A stretch of 64,000 nt of DNA from Endomicrobiales bacterium (lineage in GTDB: Bacteria > Elusimicrobiota > Endomicrobiia > Endomicrobiales > JALOBY01), in the NCBI GenBank assembly GCA_963796955.1, contig CAWCNJ010000005.1, positions 64,001-128,000 of the forward strand, written 5' to 3'. Position 1 is the first letter of the stretch; every line of letters starts with the position of its first letter. Both the position numbers and the translations under genes were made by a program. The notes under the pieces are model-generated. The model ran no database searches. It saw nothing but the letters and a program-made list of their open reading frames with translations, and was not told the DNA's origin. Shown here in pieces: positions 19,357 to 31,300 of this stretch.

Positions 19357-22300
19357 TTATCCTGCCCGCAGCACTTCTGCGACAGCCTCACTATCAAAGA
19401 TGGTTTGGTCTATGCGGATATTTTTCGGCAGTTTGCGCTCGGCGTAAGCGACGATCAGGGCGATCACTGTATTTATGTCCTGCGGTTTGGTTGAATCGTG
19501 CAGGCTGAACACGTTTTCCCGCAATTTGCGGTAGAATTCGGCGGTGTTCGTGAGTTCTTTCCTGGCCGCCAGATCAGGCGGTATTGCCGTACCTTTGGCC
19601 TCCAAAGCGCCGGCCTGCTGCTCGATCAGATCCTTGCCGAGGATCACCTCTAAATCGCCATCTACAAGACAATCATGTTCCCCATTCCCCAAACGGGATT
19701 TTGCGAACATTTTTTCTGCTAACGCAATTAAGAAGGCCTTCTCAAGCACCGGGTACTGCGCAGGATCTTCCTTCTGTATTTTCTCTAGATACGTTTTCAC
19801 AGCACCGCTTTCATGGATACCCATTGCGGTCTTTATGGCGGCAACATTTCCGGTTTTAGCGTCTTTCGCAAACTGTACCGTATCCGCAGGCATGGCTGGC
19901 AGAACATCGCGGTCCCAGGAGTAGGCTACATTTTTTACATAATTTTCCGACAATGTGTTGGCGCTGTACAGGCTGAGCACCGCCGTCTTAAGGATCTCTG
20001 CAAGTGCGGTCCGGTCGGTGATCGGACGATCACCGCCCTTGAGCAGCCCCTTAAGCTCGCTCAGCTTCAGGATCTTACACGGCGACTTGGAGCTGCCCAA
20101 CTTGCTGCGCAGGGCGGGAGCGCCGTCATAGCCGGTAATGTCTTCGGCTCGCATGGCCGCCTGATCGATGTAACGTATCAGCTTTTGTTGATCGCCCCTG
20201 CCGGAAATATAGCCATAAAATCCAAGAGCGCGATACCGGTCTGTAGTGCCAATGTCGGCGGTAAGGTCAACGCATATGCGCACCCCTCTTTTGCGGGCCA
20301 GTTCGACCAGCGCCTCTATCCGCTCGTCACTTATACCCCCGAACACTGCGGGCTCCACGATCATCTGCCCGTTGCCTGCTTTATTGAAAGCTTCAAGATT
20401 CGCCATAAAATCAGTAATATTCGCCTGACCGTCAAGGCGAATAAATATATTCTGCGGCAAAGCCTCGCTTTCAGCCTTTCTAATAACCTCAAGCTCGGCA
20501 AGCTTAACCGGAATAGCCTCTCTCCTGCTTAAACCCGGCACATCAAAGAAATCAGATGAAACGGCCACACTACCGTCTGACATGTTTTGTATAGACTTTT
20601 CTGATGCAGAATGATCAATGATAAACCCTGGGACAAAACCGCGGGAGCGCAGATCGGAGTTCGTCGCCATAAGCAGATCAGAAAGTTTTTCTTCCGCCCA
20701 TGCGTCACCTTTCATACCTGGTTCGTCCGTGATCGCACCATTGATGGTCTGCGCAACAACATGCGCGTCCGAACCCTCGGAAAACACCGTCAACGCCCCT
20801 TCTTTACTACATGCCCATATAGGTTTACCATTAACGTTTATCCCTAAATCCTGCCAATCATGATCCTCCCAGCCGTCCGGCCTTTTATCCATGCAATAAA
20901 TTTCAGTGCGCACCCGCCCTGCAGCATCGATCGACGCTGCACCAAAGTCCTTCACCGCCAGCTCTAACTCCGCCGCCTTTACAACATGCCAGTCAAGCGA
21001 CGCTTCAGCAGCCAGTTTAGGTATAAAGGAAGCAGGTGGCATTGGAATTTTTAATTGTTCGAAATTCAGCTTATTGGAAGCCTTACTCACGTCAATAAGA
21101 TCCGGGTTAGGGTTGCCGCTTTTAAAGCTTACGTAACCTGCCGTTTCTTTTTCGGAAAGTGTTGTCACTAATCTGCCGTCAAAGCTTTTCCAGACCCAGC
21201 CTTTTCTACCGCCCAATCGGCTATGCCCGACTACCAACGTACCGCCCGGAACCCCCATTCTCGACAGAAAATCCAGTACATCTCGTTTTGTAAACTCATT
21301 AATCGGATTATCCGTTTCCTCTCTTCCCCATATCAAGTCCTCTACCAGGCGGTTGGCACAATCCAGCGGATTTGCTTTCTCGATCGCCTGCGCATCCGCG
21401 TCGCCTTTTACCGGGCCGCCGTGCGCCGCGACAAAATCTTTCCCAAGTACCGCAAGCGGACTTAACCCAAGCGCGCTATTGTAGAGCTTTAAGTAATCCC
21501 GGCCATATTGCCGGATAAGCGCGTTTTCATACTCCGCAAATTGGTTAACCATTTTGAAATTAGTAGTTCGTCTGGGCCCCATCCGTATGTCCAGGTCGTG
21601 ATTGCCGGCGACGTAATACACCCCATCGGGGTTCTGTATGGTTAACTGCATTATGAACTGCATCGTTCCTATTGATGAGCCCATTTCTTCTATACCATAC
21701 AAATCTTCCCGGTGAACCGCATCGCCCAGGATTACGATAACCGCCTCCCCCCGCTGTATCTTGCCGAAGTTGTCATTGGTGTTAAGTATCTTTTGCAGGT
21801 TAGATAAGTTGGCGTGCAGGTCTCCGACAATTATTACTTCTTTTCCCTCAGGCAGTTTTGACAGGTCAACCAGAGCGCCGCGCTGGTATTTTCCCTGCCG
21901 CTCCTTAAGTACTTTGTTATACTCCTCAAGCTGGGCAATAGCCTCTTCTTTACCAAGCAGCGTTTTCTTTATTTCCTCTTCAAAGCGCAATTCATTTGCG
22001 AGCCGGTCCTCGTGGTAATTTCCATTTGACCTTATTTCTTCCAAGAGGAGGCCCAGATCAACCGACGAGGCACTACCGTCCGTGGTCAGCAGACTGTAGC
22101 GTATTGGTTTTTTAAAGGTCAGAACCCTGCCGATGTTCACGACGGTCGTTTTGATCAGTACGCCGAGATTATAATGCCAGTGGACGTTGACGATAGCTTC
22201 GGCTATGGCGTTTGAGAGCGCCGTATTGTCCAGCAGACCGGTCCATTCGGTTCCGGGTGGGATAAGGTCACGAACGACGGCCTCGATGTTTGCCAGTGCG

Positions 22301-25300
22301 CTAACGCGAGCGCGGCGATCGGGGCTTGCGAGCCATTGCGCGTATCTCATACCCTGCGGTTTGTGAGCGTCTATGAACGAATCGTATATCTTTGTATTGC
22401 CGCCGATCTTCAGCCCGATGGCGCACGATATCTGCACCAGCTCCGCGCGAGCCGCTCCCAATGGCCCGCGCTCGATAGATACCCAGGCAACGACGAACCC
22501 CCTGCCGAGCCAGAGAATATTGTGGTTGTAAATGAACCGCATGACAGGGTGTTTGGCGATATAATTAGTAACCGTTGCATCGGTGGTAAGCGGTCTTGGG
22601 AAGCCACTGTTATTGGGGTTACCTTTACCGGCTATCAAACCAAAAACTTCTCTTACTGCTCGGTTCATGTTATGTTTGGAAAGATCTATCTCTTGAAACA
22701 TGCGGGCCGCATCTGCATGCAGGGAACCGCCGGACCTGAAAGCATCGCTGCGGTCATAGAGAGAGTTTTCTATCAACTCTATCCAGGGCGTGAAGTAATA
22801 TTCGTTTGAGTCCACGCCCTTGCCGTTTGCTTTACAATATTCCAGGTGTGACGCTTTCAAGTCGCGCAGCAGCGTTGCGGTCCACACTGGCGGGTTGGCG
22901 CTTATCCACTCAAAATCGCCGGCTTGGGCTCCTTTTGCGTTGGCAAACAAAATCATGAGCGCGTCTGCAACTTTCTTTGACACGCCATTGAATTCTTCCG
23001 CAGAAAACTTTTTAACGATCGCCTTGAATACGCGTGAACGGCGTATAAGAACCGCTGTTTGCGCCGGCGACAGCGTTTCCAGCATCTTTAAGATCTGCGA
23101 GCGGTTGCGCAGACTATTAACGATAAGCGGGCTTTCTTTCCAATCTACTGCAAGCAGCGTACCGTACGTGTCCATTTGGCCATCCGAAAGAAATACATTG
23201 TAAAGGAAACTAATATCTTTTCTAAAACCCAGTTTCCCCATAATCCCAGTAAAGCTTGTTCTGACGTAATCCACTGCGAAACTGTCTAGGCTGTTAACCT
23301 GGGCGGCCAGTGCGACCACCGCGCCTAATTGAGTATCAATATCCTTTAAGCTTTCCCTGTCTGGTTGGCGAAGGTCTTGGGGTTGAACGATCCCGCCAGC
23401 TGCCCGCGCCTGCGCAGCGATCTCCGGCTCGTGCAGTATCGCGTCAAGGGTGGAACCGAACGAAGTTGTTGCATAGTATTCCGCTTCCTCTTTGTTTATC
23501 TCACGCCGTTCGTAAGCTGCACGAAGCAGATATTTACCCAGAAGTTTTTCAGGGTCCGCTTTATCCCAGCCCAAACGCGTATACTTTAAGGTGTAGCAAA
23601 ACAACATCAGTTTGGCGGGTTCTGAATATTTATCTATATACAGTGCATCGTTAAATAGAGCCCTTCTTCCTGTTTTGCCCCGGGTTTCGACCATAACATT
23701 CCCGGCATTAAAATCAGGGATAAATTCGCCCATGTTTCTGTCATACATAGGGAAGGCGTACCCTTTGTTGATCAATAGGTCAAAAGCATTGAACACTAAT
23801 TCCCATTCTTCATTCGACATTTGCCCTGTCTGGGCAGCTTTCTCAATATCAATACCGTCGATATATTCAACTTCCAGGTAACCACATTTTGAACCTGAGG
23901 TACTGCCAGCCCTGAATGCGCGTGGCACCGGGATGCCAGCATCGAACAATTCAACGTACGCATCTTTTTCTTTTTGCGCCCCTTGCTCTGAGCTATGCGG
24001 CATAACCCTTATCGCTATTGACCCATCCCTGTAGACCGCCGATAGCTTACCCGCGCCAAGTTTTGTAAGCGGCTTGCCATTAAGCACCAGATTCTGCCCA
24101 TCAAATTTATATGAATAAAGGGAGCGGATTAGATAACTTGATAGTTCCTGTGAAAAGCCTGCAAAATCTAAGAAAGGAAAAAGCCTGGCAATTGCATGGA
24201 CAAGGTTTTGGGAGATAATGGAAATTGATGAGTTAATTACTTCACTATCTTGCTTGGCGAATTCTTGAATGTTGACAAATTCCGGGGATAAGGCGGTCTC
24301 TGTTGCAAGCCATTGTTCGCAAGCATGCCACTGCTCGAACGGCGACAAGTCACCGCGAGGTTTATAATTGGCAAGGAAGTATTTCAGAACTTTTGCTTGA
24401 ATAGAGTTCGGTTCGTTAAGCGCCATATGCTCGGCCAGTTCGTGGGAGAATCGCGCAATTGCTTCGTTTGTATTTTTGTATGCTGCGAGGTCGACGAGCA
24501 GAACGTCTTTGTCCGCCTGAGCCTTGGCGAAGGAGGGCATATTGGCAAGGCCTATGCCATCATCGGTCGCGATAACAGCACCGGTGTGCCTGTTGAATTT
24601 TACGGTCTTTATCTCCGGCAGTGCCTTGGCTGTACGCAAAGCATTGAACTGGTCGAGCAGCCCTCTGGCAGCGGGCGAAATTTGAGCGATCTGGTCGAGG
24701 GTAAATTCTTCGATGCCATCGGGTTTTGAAGGATCGAAACCGAACCGCGCAAGCACGTTCTCTGCCAGTTTTGTCTCATCTTCGCAGGAAGGTACCATGC
24801 CGATTTGCTTAAGGGTCCGGATTGCTCCGGTTAATGCTGCACGGCTGAACCCAAGGAAACCGGATTTTATGTCAGCATGCGGCGCGACAGAGGTCTCATT
24901 CATGCTATCAGGCACAGCCCAGGTTCTTTGCGGTTCTCTGGAAGAGACTGCTGATTCATTGTTCTGGCTACGCCCTTTGATTTGAAAAACTTTCAGGGCG
25001 GGCCACCAAAGAATCGCAAAAAGTACGGCGCCGGCGATAATAAAGGGCATTGAAGGCACTGCGACGAACGCAATAAAAAGTACGGTGGCGCCGCACATCC
25101 AATATAATGAGCTCACAACAACAATGCCGGCTGAATTTTTAGACAGCTTGCCGGGCAACGACCAATTTAATGCCTTGAACGCAAATTTCGGAAGTTTTGA
25201 CTTAAGCATTGCCAGTACGTTCAGGTTGCTCTCCTGAAAGATCAGTGGCGTGAACATCCCCCATATCATGCCTCCTACTGTACTGACAAGATTTCTTTTG

Positions 25301-28300
25301 ACCGTATCGGGCTGAAGGAGAGAGACAAATATTATAACTGACCATGCGAAAAATGAAAGAAAAGTATAATCGGCGCTGTTTTTTCTCAGACGGTCAACCG
25401 ATTTGCTGTAGCTTAGCCCTTCTTTGAAATAGTATCCTGCGAACTGGTTCACAGGATTAAATAACAGGGGTGAAAGAATTATCTGGTTGACTAAGGTTTG
25501 CGAAATTTTCCCGTGAATAAAGTTTATAACCCATCCGTAAACGAACAGACCATATACCGGTGCAAAGAAAAGAGCTGCGGTAAGCGCGTACCGCAGGATA
25601 CGCCAGATGTCATTTTTAGCAGTTTTATGCAAAATATTTTTATCAATACGTTGCGATATATATGTGGCTACGATGGATGACAAAAACCCTTGTGTCATTA
25701 ACTGTGGTAATACGGATAATTTATAGTGGCCAAAAATGCTTGCGCCGTGAACACCAAGAACAAAATGGGCGAAAACAGCAAAAAGCCCAATAAGCGCCGT
25801 GTATATCAGAGATTCTTTTACCCTTACAGCTGTCGAAGATGGGGCCGGTTCAGGTTGAGGGGTCGCGTTTTCAGAATATTCGTATCGAAGTGGACTTAAG
25901 AAGGAATTCACCTTTGCCAAACCGTAGGCTTTAATCGTCTTTTTATATTGACTATGTGTATCACGATTTTCATATAAGCGTGCCAGCGCACTTATAACAT
26001 TATCGCGGTTGGCCCTGTAGAACGCGTTTTCATGCAGATAACCGTCAAATTTACGAATATAGTCTTGTTCGTTCAGCCCGGGCTTTTCCAGCAGATCATT
26101 TATATCATCACGTGTAAGCCTAAAGAACTCCAGGACGGCCAAAGCTGATACATCCCCATTCACTCTTTTATGGACACTGTTGACGATCTGCATATCAAAC
26201 CCGGCCCGATCTATATCCTCCGATCTTCGATAGTATCTGAGGAAGGAAGCTATTATAAAATTAGTGAGATTGACGGACGAGGTAGAACGCCACGACACAT
26301 CTTCGTGGATAAGATGCGTTTCGGGCGTCATAAGATACCCGAAAAGAAAGCCGCATTCCCTGATACGCCGTGCCCATTCAGAATTTCCATCGTTGTTGTG
26401 GTCGGGAGGAAAAGGCATGGCGGTAGCGATCTCATCCGGAACGACCATTAACATGCCATCCATTTCTGAAGAATAATATACCCCGTTGCCGAGAGGATAT
26501 TTGAGCTGATTCGACCGCGGCCTGAGCGGCTCGCCGCTCTCGAATACCGGCAGTGACGCAATGCCGATCTCCGGACGATCTTTTAGTAATTTGATCGCCC
26601 GCGGAATAGCGGGGCCCACCATTTTGACATCATCATCTAAATATACACGATATTTGCCTGATGAATGGATGGTTCCAAGATTCATGTTTACGCGAATATT
26701 ATTTATGTTCGAAACGACTATCTTAACCGGGTAGTGAACCGACTGGCACAGGCGTGTGAGAGCGATCTCGCGTTCCCTTGAAAAATTGTTCCTGTCAGCG
26801 ATCACCAACACCAGTTCAACGGCATGGTCCTTCGCAAGGACTTCCAATTCGTTCAAACGTCTTTCAAGGTTTTCGCTCCGGTTTGAAAGTGTAACCATAG
26901 CCACGCTTATCTCACGCGCCGCCCCATCCTTATTGAATGCTCTTACCTCTCCTTCCTGGTACTTCCGCACTTGCGCAAAATACTCTTCGGCTACCCGCAC
27001 GAATTCCGGCCTTCTTTGCCGGAATTCCTTGCGCGCGTCCTCCATTTTCATTGCATCGTCCTGGTCTAGCTTAACACGAACCGGCACAAATTCAATCTTG
27101 CCGTCGATAAGAACAGGCCAATCATTCGTTTCCATTCTTTGCTGCATCAATGTATATGCGATCTCGTCGCTTTCTGTTGTAGCTTTGGGAGCCGGAGCCT
27201 TAGGTGGCGTAGTTGTACTAAGGGACGTGGTTAAGTAATCAAGTAGTGCCGTAGATACCTGCGCAAGGTTGACGACCGGGAAGATGCGGACTAAGGCTTC
27301 GGCAAGGCTTTGGGCGATCGTTGGGAGGGAGGTTTCAATAAGTTTTGCATCTTGTTGGGCAAATTCTTTTAATGCATCAAAGTCTTGTTTTGAAATTCTG
27401 TTTTTGACAAGTATTCCCTGGATCTCGGGCGAATCGTGGGCAAGGCCGGAAATCCATTTTTGGCAGGCGTGCCACTGCTCAAAGCGTGTGACCGGGAATA
27501 TGTCGCCGCGGGCCTTATGGTAGCCAACGAAATACTCCAGTACCTTCGCCTGAATGGAATCTGGTTCATTAAGCGCCATATGCTCGGCCAGCTCGTGGGC
27601 AAAGCGGGCCAGCGCTTCTTCAGGGGAGCTGTAGCGGGCTGCGTCCATAGTGAGCGTTCCGGTATTGCCGGGCGCATCCATATTGGCTAGGCCCATGCCA
27701 TCTTTGGTGGCAATTATTTCGCCGGTGTGTTTGTTGAATTTAACGGTAGTTATCTCCGGCAGACCTTTGGCTTTGCGCAAGGCGTTGAATTGGTCGAGAA
27801 GACCTTTGGCAGCGGGCGAAATTTGAGCGATCTGGTCGAGGGTAAATTCTTCGATGCCATCGGGTTTTGAAGGATCGAAACCGAACCGCGCAAGCACGTT
27901 CTCTGCCAGTTTCGCCTCATCCTCACCTGAGGGCACTAGGCCAACCTGTTTGAGGGTCTGCATCGCGACTTGCAATGCTTTTTTACTAACACCTAGAAAT
28001 CCCCCTGCCGCATTTCGATGGGATCTTACCTCGTAACAACTAGCAGTGATATCATATCCGTTAAATGTTTCTGTCTGGTCCAGCGTTAGGGCAGAACCCA
28101 GAACAAATGCCTGGAACGCCGATTTTGTTATCTGCGCCCTGTTGCTGAGCGCGCCCTGCATATCAAGCGGTGCGAGCACTTTTACTTTCTTGCCCGTCTT
28201 CGCTTCGATCGTGCGGGCAATATCTTCAGCGTACCCGATCACCCCTTCCAGAATATCATCCGTGCTGTATTTTTCGGTGATGCGCGCTGAAGGGTCAATG

Positions 28301-31300
28301 GCGCGCAGTATCAGCACCGGGTTACCGCCAACCGTGTTTTCCAGTAACAGCGTGCTGCCCGCAAACTGCTCTTCTTCTCCTGAGCCTTCTGATAAAGCTA
28401 CCGCCGTTAAATTCTTCTTTTCCATGATGTTGCTGACCGCTGTGTAGCAGGCATCGCCAAGGTCCCCGGCCATCTCGCCGATAACTCCCTTTGTCGGGCG
28501 CGCGGTGATACGCAGCTTGTCGCCTTCTATTGTCCGGATCCTGCCCAGCTCTTCTTCAAATGTTTTTATCCACATCTTTTTTAAGATCGATCTCTTCATT
28601 TCATCCGGTGTTTGGGCAAGTACATGATCTTTCAGCATCACGTTCCTCATCTCTATCAAAGCCGCGACGCTTTGCACCGACAAACCCGATCGCACTGACA
28701 TCAGCAAACCGGTAGTGAATTCCTGATACTCGGGAGTTGATAGCAGTTGCGCCGCCATGATCGTGATCACCGCTGATGACGGCGTCAGTACCGCTGCGAG
28801 CTCGATGAGGTTGGTTGCATTTGCGACCGCCTGCTTGTCAGTGTCACTCAGCGCGGCTTCAGCGTATTCCGCCTTCAGTTTTGCCAGAACCTTCTCGGGC
28901 GTTTGCTCCTGTTTGACGATCTCTTCCGCCTTCAAAATCGCTTCCTTGAATTGATCAAAAGCGTCCGCGGCCACATTGGAGAATGTTGCCTTGCCGGCCT
29001 TCCGTACTTCAAAGGTATAAGAGATGTTTTCCGCGTACTCAGGTTTTAACGGCGGCACCATACCCGCCGCTTTTCGCGCATTGAAATTTCTGATAAATTG
29101 TGCGATATCCAATCCTCTTTTTGACCCATGCCCCCAGTTCGGCGCGCTGTTAAAACCTGTCACCATGCCGACAATGCCCATCATAAGGGGGCTGTATGTC
29201 CAGTTGTCGGGAATATCCATTTTATCGAACAACTGCCGGTTAATGCTGCGAACCAGTTCCGCCAATTGTCTTATGCCCGCTTCGCCCTGCTCCGTGATGC
29301 CCAGTGCCTTCATTTCCTGCGCCAGGTCCTCGTTCGGCTGCATCACCCGCCTCAGGCAGAGAAACATCTCGAAAAAGGTGCGGTTCGTCATAAAGCCAAA
29401 GCGCGGCAGTGCTTCCTTGAAATAGAGTTCCCATACGGTATCGCTATCTTGCGGCGTTAAACACATACCCTCGATCGCATTTGCCGCGCCTCTCAGGAAA
29501 CTTAACCGTTCATTCCGGCGCTGACTGCTGTACTGCTTTTTGACTATCTCGAACGATCGTGGACCGATCCCGCTGTTGCCGCAAACTCGTACCAGCTCAA
29601 GCTTGGCTTCCAGCTCTACCCCGTGCGAGGCGCCGATGAATTCCTGAAGCGCTTTCATATTTCCTGCTGTTGCAACAACAACAGGGATATCAACGAAAAC
29701 GTTGTAGGTGCTTTCATCGGAAAGCCGTTTGCCAAGTTCAGCAAAATACGTAAGGATTCCCCGGGCGGAATCATCGTCCTTTAAACTATACTCGCCTGCT
29801 TGTTTAACGAACGCCTCGTATTGTTCAAATATCTTTCCGGCAAGCTGACCGGCACCCAGTCCTGAATCAATAAAGGCCAGCAAAAAGGGCTGAGTCGAAC
29901 CGACAGTGTACGCCTTCGTGATAACAAACTGGCGGGCTGTATCATTGAATAAAAATCCCAGCAACGCATTTTGGCTTTCAATGGTTTTCGCCGTACGTAC
30001 GCGTTCATAGATCAGTTTGAGGCACTGGAATTGTGCCGTTGTCGGTTTACCGAAATACCAGCCGGTCATCATGTCGAACCAGCCGTCAACGTCAAGGGTT
30101 GGCATAAACTCTCCGGGAGCATCCATTGCCCGACACTGATGGGTTTTAAATGCAGCGCGCACGTTACAGATCATTTCGGCGGTCTTGAACCTGTTCAATG
30201 TTGCCATGCCGCACAGCGTTGCAAAAAGAAAGATATTTCCTGCATGCAATTCACCGCTTTCAACAAGAGCAATTATTCCTGTACCTGCTGTGCCAGCAAC
30301 CTGTTTCTCGTCAAGGAAACTAAACAAAACCGAAACAATATACAATGTTTCAGGTGTAACCACCTTATGATCAGCGAGTACTTTCAGGGCCTGGTAACGT
30401 GCAGCCGGGTCGTACACTGTAGAGTTTTTATTTGGAACCAACAGCTCGTTTACAACCGTAATGTTGTCTGGCCGAAGAACCCCGGCCTTAGCAAAGGCCC
30501 CCAGGGCTGCAAATGCATCTGTTTTGCAATCGTAATATTCCTCAAAATTTCCACACTGAATACGTTCGTACAGACCCCGCAGGGCCTGGAAATTGTCTTT
30601 GGAAATTGCGCCCGTGGCAAGTACAGCATTTAAAGCGGCAAAGGCTGGTTCGAACTTCTCTTTTCCAACTGTTTGCAGGAATTTTGCGCAATCATCAATG
30701 TTTGACTTGTCAAAGATGTGCAAATGCACCAACAGCTCGGCTGCCTGTCGGGCGAGGGGTTCGTCATTCATCTCGGCGTTCGCCAGAATAGCATCCACTG
30801 CATCCCGGTCGCGGGCGGCGAACATATCTTTGGTTGGCTGGCGGGCGAGAAATTCCTTCGCATTCGCACTGCCGTGTTCAGCAAGAAAATCCATTGCGTG
30901 CAGCAACGGACGCAAAGCCTCAATGCGCTCATCGTCATGGCCCGCTAGGCGGTTGATCAGCCGTTCCACCGTTTCAGTGCATTCACCCGCCGCGCCATCA
31001 CCATGCAAAAACACGCGGGCGCGCACTATGGCGAAGGCTTTTTCGGCGGTAGCCACATCCATCTCGGATGGAAGGTCCGCAAGTCCGCTAAACAACTTGT
31101 CCGCATCCTGCGGAGAAACCAGCATACCGGCTCGCCACAGGTGTTCCATCGCTTCAAAAAATGCCTGTTTACCGTCGTTCCCTGAGGATGTTGTCATCCA
31201 GGTCGTTAACTGGCCGAAAGGGAAGTGCGGTATATTACTTTCATTGTCTTGCCTGGCTCGTTTCGCCGCCGCCATCTCCGCGCCGGTGATCACGCCGGAT

